From Auanema rhodensis (Eukaryota > Animalia > Nematoda): DNA of 64,000 nt. Every line of letters starts with the position of its first letter. Position 1 is the stretch's first letter. This document shows, piece after piece, positions 38,546 to 52,333 of this stretch. Position numbers and translations under genes: made by a program. The stretch is from NCBI GenBank assembly GCA_964057225.1, contig OZ059894.1, positions 13,764,001-13,828,000 on the forward strand. Reading direction: 5' to 3'. The notes under the pieces were generated by a model that saw only the letters and a list, made by a program, of their open reading frames with translations, did not search any database and was not told the origin of the DNA.

Positions 38546-41192
38546 TATTCGGCAAATATTTTCTGCTTTATTGGTCAATTTTGGATGACCATTATTCTAG
38601 ACAGCTATTCTATTTCATGTAACTAAGTTGTAGAACATACGAGAAAAACAATTTGAGTTTTGAGAGGAATCACAAATGTAGTTGTAATAGTAAATTCAAT
38701 TAGTAGTAAACAGAATTAGTTAGATATGTGTATATTAGGTTATGTGTACATAAATGAAAAGATTTAAAGCTTTTCAATTAGATATTCAATGAAAAAAGAT
38801 ATAGCATTCAAGTTTTTCATAAATATTTCTATTGTATTAAATTGAACAAAAACTGAACAAACTATATGTATAATTAGGAAGAATAACATTTGTTTTTTTT
38901 AAATTTTAATTGACTTATATTATACTATTATAAGTTAACTACTAATTTGCACGAGATGTTACATTTTATGAGTTTAAAGATCTTTTTTTTTGAGTATGTA
39001 CAACTCTAAGCTATTAAAGCATTCATTTCACAAAAAATATCTTGGGAATTATTGAAATATGAGTCAGGATAAGCATATAATTCTCAAATTGAATTAACGT
39101 TTCACCAAAAATTGTCTTTTTATGTACCGCCTGATCCAGAATGTATTCAAAACTATCCCCATAAAAACTCTTGGGATAACCTATTCTGCCAATAAATATT
39201 GAAACCAAACACGAGATAGCCTTCTGGAGCAATTTGACACGCCATCTATAGGCTAGCAAAGGCTTAAATTTCTAGTCCCAGACAATAGAAATAGAAAAAT
39301 GAAAAACGCTTTGAAAACTGTCTATTATTTTAACTCGAAATGATGTGAAAAATTAAAAAATGGAAATTAATAAACATACCGACACATACGCCATATTCAT
39401 CATTATCATTCAGTTGTTGGCATATGAGGTTTGCAGAGCAAACGCCAGCAGATGATCCACATTTTTCTCCTACTGACCTAACACATACCTGTAAAAAATA
39501 ATTTTTATAATATAATATTAGTTTTTTTTTTTGTAATTTTGTGTAAATTTTCTATAAGAATTAATTCAGCTTTAGATTTATCCGTTTTAATCATTTGTTT
39601 AAATTCGATTTTTTTTTATTTTCGATGTTTGCTCCATCTAACGGCTTCCATGTCATTTGCAGAACACTTGTTTAAATTTTCAAAATGCGACATCAGGTGA
39701 TGTCTGAAAATGAAGTTTTTCCCAATGTGGACTATCCGACGGGTTCAATTCATGCAGCTCTTCAAGGAAAGGAAAAGCGAAGCCGGCTGAACGGTTCTTG
39801 AGTGGTTGATCTGCTCCGTCGGATTTCATCGATCTCTCCCCGTCTCTCTCTATGTCAATCTCTCCCTTTTTAAACCTTTTTAGACATCTTTGTTTCATTT
39901 TTCTGTTTTTCTAATACAAATAAAATGGATAGAAACATTACAAAATAATAAAATATATAATATACTTACGTGTTACGTGAGATTTAACGTGTGTTACAGT
40001 TGTTCACGTCACGTAAATATTATTAAATGAATAGAGTTACCATGCTGATCATGCAGAACGGTTATTTTGCCTTGAATTTCTCACATTATCTATACCATTC
40101 TCACAGTTTTTCTATAATTCATTCAATTCTTCTTAGAAGTTATTCTAACCCCTTGCTAGACACTGTTTTACTTCTCGTCTTCATCAGCTTCTTGTACCCC
40201 AATACAAATTGCTGCGATCGTCGTCATTGTCTACAGTGAGTTTGACGATGAGACGCACATACACTCTCTTCGGGAAGCACAAGGATCAAGTTCGAGCGGA
40301 GAAACAGAGAGAGAGTATAGAACAGATTGCAAAAAAAGTTCGAAAAGAGCAAGACAAGAATAGAGAGAGGGGGAATAGGGCATAGAGGAGAAGCAGCTCT
40401 TCCTGCAACTGCTCTTTCTCCTCATTCTCGTTCTTGTCGTCCTTCTCTTACATCAACCTCACTAGCCATACACCTATGTCTCTTCTGTATTTCGATAAAG
40501 GGATTAAGACGAAAGCTGCTCCTCGAGAAGCAAGACACTATTTGACTGGAGAAGTTGAAGACAAAAGTTTTTTTCGAAAAGGACAAGGAAATGATAAAAC
40601 TAACTTTAATCTAGTTATGCTCTCAAAAAAATCAAGAATTTATACTTATTCTGTCCAATTATCCATAAACATTCCAGTTTTTAGTTTTCGTCTTAGTTGC
40701 GAAGTGAGTACAGAATACGCTATTTCGAATCTTTTCGGAAATTCCGAACTCGAAGTAAAAATTCACAGTAAATAGAACGAAATGGCTGATTCTTTCAAAG
40801 AAATAGTAGAAAAGCTCAAAAAACTGCTTTTGTATATAGTAAAGAATCCAATGTTATACTAATAAATGATTTATACGTATGTATGAGAATACACCTACCG
40901 GACAACATTTACACTGATCCAAGACCGTCAATTCACATTCGGGCTCTGGACATTCTGGACACGGGCTCGGACATACTACTTGATGTCTCAGATGATCTAA
41001 TGCGTATGGCAGAACATCTTTTTTTACTTGAGATGAAGACAGAATGAGATCATGCGATACTTCGAATGAAGAATCTGCTTCTGCTGAAGTCAGTGACGAC
41101 GTCAGAAGTTCAGATGCAACGAAGCCAGATGGCAAAATGTACAGGCTGACGACTGCCAGGTACAGCAGTAGCCAGCTTGGACGGCTGGACAT
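32886..41192 (-). CDS. crm-1: CRIM1-like cysteine-rich transmembrane BMP regulator (IGFBP-like, VWC and antistasin repeats)
   Basis: Signal peptide MSSRPSWLLLYLAVVSLYIL. IGFBP-like CKCCPVC. Several VWC repeats (e.g. DGETWQLAPCISCTC...CCPRC). Antistasin-like repeats (C..G...D..GC..C.C). TM segment IISLSFVGLTLLAFLSVLGLLVLLLIL. Cytoplasmic tail ending HDFNV*. Confidence 0.93.
38477..38545 (+). repeat. Imperfect (GA)n purine tract
   Basis: GA/GGA/GAAA repeat in crm-1 intron 2. Confidence 0.9.
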
Positions 41193-41205
41193 GCTGGTAA
41201 GGTCT

Positions 41206-41286
41206 TCAGGATGGTGATGATGACGACGTGAGAACGACGACTGCGACGTCGGCGACGACGACGACGATTCGGAGGTCGCGGCGCAT
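41206..41286 (-). other. Upstream ORF (26 aa) in the crm-1 5' leader
   Basis: ATG at 41286-41284, MRRDLRIVVVVADVAVVVLTSSSSPS*, stop 13 nt before the crm-1 ATG. Translation is not demonstrated. Confidence 0.45.
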
Positions 41287-44200
41287 CCGCGGCGCGTCAC
41301 CGCAGATGCGACGACGCGCAGATGTCTGTGTCTCCGCAAACGATTAGCTATTTCGCTACTGGCTCCACCCACTGCGATCAGAAGGAGGAGTTAGAGCAGC
41401 TCAACAGAAGAAGAGGCGGACCTTCGGACACCCAGTGGACACTGAAATCTAGATTTGATATGCTAGAGGGTTATCATACTAGGTTGGAAATAAGAAAAAG
41501 CAACTTACGACGTGAAATGCTTTTAGCTTCGTATTAAAGCTATTGTGAGCTTCAGTTGAATTATCTGCGGAACTACAAGTTCCACTGCGATAGCGAAGTA
41601 AAAGTCGGATTCGAGCTTAAGCTAATAATTAAGATACGACGGTTGCAGTTGGTAATATCGGATGTGCAAACTGCAACTTGCTATTTAAATCGCGATTATA
41701 TTGGAAAATGTAGATCTGAAAGTAAGCGATTATAAAAAATCTGTTCAATTATAATAGAAATATAGAAATATAGAGATAACAACTGAAGTAATATCAGAAA
41801 ACAAGAAGAATTCTTCAAGAATAATGATGAAGAACACGATGCTCATAGAGAAAATAGATGGTTTGTAATATCTTAAAGTAGTTCTTGAATAGATCAAGAA
41901 ACACAAACGATTACTAAACATTCCAAAGATTTTCCGTTCATCTACAGAACATCAAATACTGGAATACCAGAGAAAAGGGTAGGTATGATTTGAGTGGAAA
42001 AAATACACCTTGACTCAGCATTTTCGCATCATTTCTGTATTTTCACTTGTTCTTATGTACTGATAAAGTAGTTTTTTTCATGTGATTATGTTCATGTCAG
42101 CTGTTTACATAGAAAACTAAATACTTAGAATTGTATAACATATATACACATACATATAGATAGATAGATAGCTAGGTTATAAAACTATATCTAAGAGATG
42201 TAAGTTTTCGGATGTAACATAGAGAATTCACAAAGAATTTCAGGTATGTGCGTTCAGATTTTTTTGGCAGAAATATAATCAAGAATAATAAAAACGTCAA
42301 AGAGATTGAGCAATATATAGGAGAGATGGCGCGAGAGAGTAAAAGAAAAACAAATGTTGTCATTATCCTTATATGTACAACTTTTTGGAAAAATTCAAAA
42401 TTTGAATGAATCATCGTGAATGTTATTTGGAACGAAAAGAATGGAATGCAAAAGTGAGTGGGATATCCTTCTTTCGAACAACTGCTGGTGAACATTTTCA
42501 TGAAAATCAGCTGCTTTTGTTTGAGAAACATACATAAAGAGTATGAAGAAAATGCATAAAAAAAATGAAAAAGAGAGAAGGAACTCAAGGCAAAAGAAAG
42601 AAAATCGCGGAGTAAAGTTAAAGGAAGCAAACGATCAAATAAATAGAAAAAAATAATCGAATACTCTATATACATATGTATAGACATATGTATATATGAT
42701 TGTATAATCACATTCACATTTTATATTTGAAATAGAGATTGCTGACAAAAAAAAAATCAAAAAAAGTTGCTAAATTTAGATGGCATGTACATGGAACGTT
42801 CGCCACGAGGAACATTTTCGTGAAGTAATACAACTAAAAAAGTCAATCCAGATTTTACAAACAATCATATATTCCATATGTGTGGTTGATCAGCTGTCAA
42901 ATACTGCTGAAAATCAAATAGAAAACTGTTTTAGAAATAGTTAATTTAGCAATAGTCTGATGATGTCAACATTTTAGCAGCCTTGATGATAATATGATAA
43001 TCCATCTAGTCAGAATAAAAAAGATTTTTTCGATGAACAGAAGAAAAATATTTGAAATATTTAAAGAATTGAGAGTTAAAAAAATGAAAAAAAAACATGG
43101 GTATGATGACTAGTTCATGTTTATATAAAATATCATTTAAAATAGGAAATAAATTAACATTAAATTACATTTATATTACGATAAGGAGATGAATTTCAAA
43201 TTTTAATAGCTTATAGAGCACTTTTTTTACAAATAGTAAATAAAATAAAATTGTTTTGTTTGAAATCATGAAATAAATCTATCAATCTGATTTGCTGGTG
43301 AATGAAAAATGCTGAAAAGCTGTGATAAAGAATGATGGCAGGAAAAGAGAGCGGGAAATAAGATAATAGAAAACTAACTGACCATTCTATTTCTCTGTCT
43401 GCTTTTGCACAGCAAGAAATTATTTTGAGAACTCTTATTTCTCGATAAAAGATGAAACAGAATGAGGTATGTGATATCTTTATGTTCAAAGAAATATCAA
43501 AAAGAGTGTTTAATCTTAAAACTGTTTACAATTTCAGTTGTATTAAGATAAGAAAAGAAAAAAATCAAAACCACGTGCTTTACGAAGAGCCAAGACGTGA
43601 AAATACGTGAAAACGATCAATGTATCCAATCTCATTTCGTTACTTCAAAACGATGATAGCGGTTGCATTTAAATACTGAATACTCTTTCTTTTATTAATT
43701 TTCATTTCAATGGATTATTTAGTTGAGAATAAAACCCATTAATCTTATCAGGTGAGTACAAAATACTAAAACATTCACAAAATACCGATTATACTTACTT
43801 AAAAAATTACATATATAGTAAATATTTGATCAATATATCTATATATCTATATTATATTATTTTGTTTTTAATATTTATTATACTTTATTCATTTATTGAT
43901 TTTACAAAAATGATCTATTTTTCTTTTTGATCCATAAATAATTAAATAGTCGTAGTTGTATGTTAAAGAATAAATAATGAGAATAAATGACAAGAATAGT
44001 ATCTGATGCTAGTTTGAAGTCACAAATTAGCAGATGCACCATATGTATATTATCTTAATTGAGATTATATAGAATAAGGTTGAGGATTAGTCAATTAGAA
44101 TACAGGATTAGCTATGAGCTAATAAGCATGGTGAGCATGAACTTCTATTGAAAAGATATTAAATATAGACAAAGATGAATCTTTCAATTTATGAAAAACT

Positions 44201-47200
44201 TAAATTATAAACAACTTTATTGAGAAAACCTCTCCTTATAAAAGATTGAGAAGATATAATTTCAAAGAAATGGTTGTACTTTTTAAACAATGAGCTTACT
44301 AGTCTAATCCCAATCGATTCAACAATAAGCTTTTTGAAGCATTTTCTCATCTTTTTTTGACTAATAGAATACTTTTGTGATTGAATACTACATATCTAAC
44401 AGAACGATAGGTGAGATTAATGATTAGTTGATTGTTGATGAGGTAGATTTTCTATGTTGAGGGTTAAGAAAATAGAAAAGTTTTCATCTAAAATAGCCGT
44501 ACAAGACTTATAAGATGATCGATCATTTATAGATAGAAGAAAACCAGTTCTAAAAATGACATAGGGGGGAATACTTTTCTTTTAAATACGGTATGTTAAA
44601 TCGTACTTATAGTATTATTACATGAATTTGATGATGTAGGTCGTTAGAACATCAACAATAAACGAATCTGAATATTCAACATGTCATCTGAATATCAACA
44701 GCAATATGTATTCTCATAATAAATTAATGATATCTGATAGAAAATAGCGAGAATGTCAACACATTAGATCATTTTTTATCAATGAAAACTTTTTTCCGTA
44801 AGTGCGAAAAAAGAAATTTCAAAAAAAAATATTAGAAAAACTGATTATTACGAATGAGAACATTGAAGATGGCGGAACAAATTTTTTCTTTATTAAAGAA
44901 TAAAATAAGAAGCTTTTGAAATTCTATTCATATGTTAGTTATAAAACGTTAATCGTAATCATAAAGTACTAAAAAAATAATTAAATTGAAATGTATTATA
45001 TTATATTTCTTCTAATATAGTACAACTAATCACAAACTCAGAATATACAACTAAGATATGAGTAGAGCTGTCACAATATTCCAGATGTAGTACTTGATAA
45101 GGAATGTCCAAGCTATATGTCAGTCAAAAATTAAAAAAAAGGTCCCTATAATACGTAGACATAGAAATTGATCATTTTCAGTGATAAGGAGGTGGAAAGT
45201 TCAATATTTTTTATACGACAACTTCCGCTGAGCTTAATAAAAAAAGGTAATTTTGAGTGATTAATTAGTAAAAAATGAGAAGATTTTTCCAATCAAAATG
45301 AAGTTTAAAATGGATTTCACAAAAAAGTTCATTCTTGTACACATCGGGAGTGTTCATTGAGTTTAGGAAATAGGAATATTGAACAAACAGCTGCTAAGCC
45401 TTCCGTAAGATAGGCATTAAATAGAATGAAAAACTTGATGAAGTTTCAAGTTGTTACAGAAAATTATAAACAAGTTTAACATATAGTAAAGTTCAGCTTA
45501 ATTTAATGAATTGTTCAAAACAATTAAGCAATTAGACGACAAAAAACAATAATAGAGAGAGAAAATTAAAAACATTTGATGATATCTTAGAGATATGTAA
45601 CGGAATTGCTCAATAGTGGTCAGAATATTAGGAAAGCTTTCAAATTAGATAAAGAATAAAAATAAAGATGATAATGACGATGAGGATGATGACGATGCGT
45701 TGACGATGACGATGAAGATGATCTTCAAGAGGAATATGAGCTTGCCACTGGAAACAGACAAATCCGGTTGTTATCAACGTAGGTCAACTTTCTTTCATTT
45801 GCAATTATGTCACAATTTTTCAATTCTGATGAAAAGATCCGAATGTTTTATACTTGAATGTTAGGAAAAACGTGATTTATTTGTTTTTAATTTATTTAAA
45901 TCAAATAAATGGCGCTTTTTTCATCCTCTTCATGAATGTTCACTTCTAACTGTTAAGTGAAAAACATAGAAAAAGTCGGATAGAAAACTGTGAAGAATTT
46001 GGGTGGGGCGCCCACATCGGGACGTTGATTTTACGTTAAAAATGCGATCTTGCCATGAAAAGTAGGTGATTTGGTAAGAGGGGGATGATAGGGTCAAGTA
46101 ATTGATTATGTTACAAACAGACATTACGTCTCCAATTAAGTATTTTTACACAAAAAGCTTCAGGCATCAATAAGTTTACTTGTTTTCAAATTCTGTAGTT
46201 GAATGTCGATTATGAGAGAAAGATACAGAGAACAAGAGAAAGGAACAAAAAAATTGCAACAAAAATGAACAGAGTGATGGTAAAATGAATAATTAGCTCA
46301 ATTTCTATGAATCTGTGTACAAATGCTGGTGCACTTTACGAATGTGATGAAGATTCAGATGACGAGTGTTCAAGGACGGAAGCACCAACAAATAAGTGAT
46401 TTGTCTTCCTTCTTTCCAGTTAATCCTTTATTTCATTAGAAAAATTATAGAAAAACTCTTAATAGTTAAGAAAACAAACAAGAAATCTTTTTTTCTCTTT
46501 AAAAATACTATAAATTCTGATTCATGCTCGTTGGGTGAGATTAGAAATCCGATAAATATTATGTTAGCGATAGAGTATCGAAATTCCGGAACAAAATCTT
46601 GACTGAAACAAGAACAATATGTCATAAAAATGGAATATTGTTCAATAAAATGGTCTTGGATAGCTTTTGCAACAAATATTTATGTTTTTTGTTTTTTAAA
46701 TGCATTATTTGCGAAAATAATTTCGCAATGAGTATTAACCTTTTTTGAAAAATATTTCTGATACATTTTTTTGAGAAAGTGCAATCAAGGTATAGCACAA
46801 AACTAGACACATACATATATCATATTTTCCGAAATAACCGAAATATTTTGACGGATCGTTTTTGGTACAACAAAAAACGAAAAAAAAAGAAAAAGATATA
46901 GCACAACGATAATAATGTTTTTCAGCTCAAGGAAATAAGAAAAATATTCTTTTCAATGACAACAGATGATAATACGGTTAGAAATTGTTATATAAAATCT
47001 AGTCTTCTTTCAGCATTTAAGTAAGAGAAATCATATGGGCAAATACAATAGTAAATAGTATTTAGGACTATCTTTCATCATTATTTCATAACAAATTGCA
47101 CCAGAACGACGATGAAAGAAGATGATGGCGATTATAAAGAAAAATAAGATGAATGTGAAGATGATACCAATGAAGTGATAGTTGAAACGATTGTACGTAT

Positions 47201-49181
47201 GGATGCTTCTGTTGTTCCATTCGCTCATCCGACAATCAGATCACTATGACATCGGGTAGACAAGGTTATCCAACTTGGATAGGTCAGAACCTTATATAAT
47301 AAAGAAAATTGATATGAATTACATTAATATTTCAATATTTTTTTTAGATTTTCAAGATTTTTGTCTGCTCAATAAGCAGAAAAATAAAAGAAAAAAACTT
47401 AAAATACGAAATAGACATATGAACAAACAGTTTATTGATCATGAATGAAGCTCATAAAATACCGTCGAAATGCCTCAAAGTGTCAAACAGTTCATATTTA
47501 CGAGACAATACGACTAAGAGTTTGTACGACCTACACACATTTTATTTTTTCCTCACTAAATTATTGACAGTTTTTCCTTAACTTTAGAGCTAGGACAGGC
47601 GATGCAAATAGTTTCACGTGAGTCACGTGCATGATTACTCACTTACGTAACTTCATTTTGAAAACATGTTGAAGCTCAACCGGTTGCTTTTCATTTCTCG
47701 TCCTTTAGTCCTCACTTATAAGGTTGATTACCGAAAAAATACATTTACATGGAAATTTAAAGAAATAATATTATTGACGAATAATATAATTGATCATTAA
47801 TTTAATGCATTAAGCCGCAAAAGGGACGAAAAAAGATTAATGCATTTCTTATCTTCTTAACATAAACATCAAATTTTGACAATGACATTAAGAGGAAAAT
47901 ACAAATGGATTGAAAAAAACAGAAACAGTTCAAAAACAAGAATAAATTATATTATTCTCTGTCATTCAAATACAAGTGTCTTAATATAGTCTATTTAGCC
48001 TATGTAAGAGGTCTACGACAGAAATAAGATAAACTAGAAGATGTTCTGAAAGATAGAGACAAGAAAGAAAGATGGGAGAAAGCTTTGCCTATCACTAAGC
48101 GAGAGATCGCCTGTGCAAATTGGACTATACCTCATTGATGTGACCTTCATGACCGTATAGGAAGTCGTTATATGCAAACGATTTGGAGAAACAGGTGAAT
48201 GTTCAGACTTGATATTTCAATGAAATAAATGTAAATCTGACGATTTATGTCATGAAAAACCTTATGCAAACGTTTCAAGCTTCAAATAGTTAAGCTGAAA
48301 ATTCTTCAACCGGAAAGCAGCATATATCACGAAGAACAGATGCAAAATGATAGGAAGAGTTTAGTGAACGAAATGGATGAAATGTTTAGAAACACATTGG
48401 TTCGAAGAGAAACGGGAAAAAAGTAACGAAAAACGGACCCCTGTGAATCACGGAATCGGCTTCGTACACTACAGAGCAGACGAAACAAACCAGAAAAGTA
48501 TCGGTGATTAGAATGTTCCAAGGAATCTAGAATAGATTACGTAATGGTTTCATTCATAGTCAAGCTGGTAATAAATAAGAATAGGTATACATACAACAAG
48601 CAATGTCTAACAACTGCTATATTGTACTAGATATTGTACCAGACAGCGAATAAAATATTTTCAACATAGCTTCAATATCTGGCCTTCAAGACGTCTGAGT
48701 GATTCATCTGATGAGAAAACCGTTGAATCTGAGATTACATTGGTCGGGTCGACATTGATCTCCAATTTTCTTCAATCTTTCTTCCATATACAGAAGACGA
48801 GGCAGACATGTTCAATGACTCTCATTAGAATAAAACGATGGCCTCAATATTGACATGGCGTGGATGTACACGCAACGACTGGGTATCAATCACCAGAGCA
48901 CAAACAAATGCGACACTATTTTAGGAAAGATTTTACAAAGCAATTTACGAAATTAAAAAGTGCATACCACCGTCTTTTCATAATACATAAACTATACAAA
49001 TGAATAATTAACTATGAATGAAAAATAAATACGATAAAGCACAACGTGGGACACAAAAAAATTCCGGACCGCGTGATAAGCAGAACACGCATTATTTAAG
49101 AGCTTTAGTAATGAGCATGGACAAGTGAAACGTTTAGCAAAATTAAATTATATAAATAACAACAGTTTATAAGAAAATAGT

Positions 49182-51201
49182 TTACTTAATTCCCAGTTTC
49201 TTCATGCAATGTTCCAGGCCAGCTTCTTCGTATTCTGCCTTTGAGATCCAGAAGTCCTAAAATTAAATGGTTTAATGAAATTTTCGTAGTGTTCAACGAT
49301 ATACCTGATCTCTATCTCTCATCAGATTTGCTAAAACAGCTCCTCCTAAAAATACCATATGCTTACGTCTTGGAGGAGCTTCAATCCTTATTTTGAATTT
49401 CTGAAATACAACATATATAATTACAAAATGTAGAAGACAAAATTAGGATGAATTTGTTAAAATAGACTTCAAGTTCAAAAATAAAGTTCTAACCAAAAAG
49501 TATGAAATTAATAATAAACCCAATTCAATTATAACTATGACATTTTGTATATTAAAAACCTCAACAAATGAAAAGTAGACCAGAATTGTAAAATGCACAG
49601 AAGATGATACAAAAAGTATAAAGAAAAACCAAAGAAATGTATTCGAACCCTACTAACTCTTTTAATCTAAGCTTGTGCACGACGCGACCTAGTGCAAACA
49701 TTATAATGTTCGAATACTATTCGCCATAGTAAACATTGTGCTCCAATAAGAAAATATCACATATGTATATCATGCTTCATAAAAGTTAAAACCAACCTGG
49801 AATGCCTCCGCATTTCCCTTCAAAACTCTGTCAAAATACAATTGTTTCAATTCCCGTTCTAAACGACTTGGAAGGCCAGGGTACATTGTCGTACCTCCGG
49901 AAAGTACAATATGTTTGTAAAAATCAAGACGTGTATCTGATAATATTAAGAAATACAATAAATACAGGTTCAGAAACACTTACCTATATCACTTGATTGA
50001 ATACAACCAAAGAGTAACTCAGATAATCCTGGTTTTTCAATATTTATAAGATGAGGTTGGAAAAGAACTTCTGGAGCTTCAAATCGCTCCCCACCAATTC
50101 TTATTACACGACCATCCGGCAACTGAAAAAGACGTATGATAAAATTAAAGTACTTGAAATACAAACTTGATAATTTTGAGTTAATACAGTGGTTTCCAAG
50201 GCTAATTTTTGCTCTTGTTCAACATCATAAGCTACATAACAAAGCTTTTCCTTCATTTGACGGACCGTTTCAAAGTCAGCAGAATGATTGAAATTATATC
50301 CTCGGAGAAGAAGAAGCTGCAAAGGAAACAGTTTAAAAAACAATTACAATTTAGATATAACTTTGATAAGATATTTGGTGATATCTCTACCAGCAATATC
50401 CAATCTTCTTGTTAAATGATGAAGAGCAAAGCCTTCATAAACAGGACAGATATGAGTAACGCCATCTCCTGAATCTACAACAACTCCAGTCAACAATCCT
50501 TGAGCGTACAAAGTTAGAACAGCCTGTAATAATAAATCTCGCTGAATCAAACTTAAAATAATAATACCTGAACAGCAACGTACAAAGAATGGAATCCGTA
50601 TTGTTCGAACATAACTTCGAAAAGCCTCTTTCTATTAGATAAAGGATTGAGAGGAGGCTCAGTAAGTAGCAATTTACAATCCTAAAGAAATTCACATTTT
50701 GACAACTACACCATAATTAAAGTGAAAGAAGAAATAATCTCAACTTAATACTTAAATTGAGGTTTATAATGGAAAACACAAAGTTTACAACATGTTAAAT
50801 CCTTACCTTGGGATCAATATCAAGTTTTTCAGGACCAAAAGTGTGGTCCCAAACGTGAGCCATGTCTTCCCAGTTTCGCACAATTCCATTATCCATTGGA
50901 TATGAAATATCAAGCATTTGCCTAAGTTGTGACGCCTCTTCTCCAACCATCAAGTCCTAACATTAATAACAATAGTTTGCAAAATATATATCCAACTAAC
51001 CTTAACTTCAATGTTTCCTACACGTTGAGAGGATCGAACAATAGGTCTTCCAACAAGAGAAGGAAAGATGTGTGAAGGGAAATTTGTTCCCGCATATCCA
51101 CATTTCACAAACTTAACAATGATATAAAAAATTAATCTTTACATTAAAATTACCCCGGAACCATTATCTACAACAATTATTTTCCGGCCTGCCGAATCCA
51201 T
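49182..51201 (-). CDS. arx-2: Actin-related protein 2 (Arp2/3 complex)
   Basis: [74 protein letters not shown] and [18 protein letters not shown]. Confidence 0.98.
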
Positions 51202-52333
51202 GACCCAACAATCTTAACACACAGTTAAAAAACAATAATTTTCACAAACAATTATCAACGTTCTCGAGCATAAAAGGAGTAAGGATGAGTCATGCCAAGA
51301 AAAAATATGTAAAAAAAATATATATTCAAATAAGAATAAAGCATATCTGTATAAAAATATTTTCTAATGTAAATTTAATACCATGAGATAATATTACTAT
51401 ATAAAAACAGAGAAATCGTATGAAAACAAAGAAAACTTTCAAACTTGTAGCAGTAACCTCGGCATGTTGAAGCGTCCAAACGTGTCATTAAAAATAGAGA
51501 CGCAAAAGGGGCGAACAAATAATACAGTATTCTACCGACAAACTTCTTCACTTCTTACATAACATTCAAAGCTTTTTTAAACTTAGATATTATTATAATT
51601 AATAATTCAACTTTCGAATTAACTATGTAATTATTTAAGTGAATATAACCGTTTTTTATGTCTTCACCTTACCCTTGCTTAAACAAATTTAGACTTCTTG
51701 CTAACTTACATTTAACTTCGGATGAGACAAGAAACTTTATTTTTGACTTTATTATATATTTTTGACTTTATTCAATTCTTTTTCTTAATTTATCTATATT
51801 ATCTGAAGATTTTTTTTATCGTTTTCCTATTTAAAAAGGAAACTAAAAACTATTATACACTTTTTTCTGTATGGGCATACTGTAGTTTGGTTCGCATTTG
51901 GCATCACTTAAAGCAACATAATATACATTTGAGCTATTTCGCAAGGTCTTTCTTTTTTTTGTCAAGCTTAAAGAGTTTTTCATAACATTTTTATCTTAAT
52001 TATGACCTGATTACTTTATCTTTTTTATTAAGGCCGCTTATTTTCTCGATTTTTAAATGTTTCATTGTTTTCTTTTTATTACATCAAGCTTAATATTTAT
52101 TCTATTGGTCCTGTAATTTGCTTAAATCCCTAATTGGGTTAAGGCTACGATACTACTGCTTGTCTGCAATTGCGTACTTACGGTTCTGTTCAAGGACACA
52201 TGGAACATCTTAAGTTTCTTCTATGTTACTGTGTACCATGTTTCTTGATATATCATATATTTGAATCATGAATCAACATTTTCTATTATCTCTAATTTTC
52301 AGACTTCTATGCATTATATAGTATTCTAAAAAC

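Noticed and set aside
42172-42717. 181-aa minus-strand ORF
   Set aside because: Non-ATG start, F/I/L-biased composition from T-rich DNA, and no motifs.
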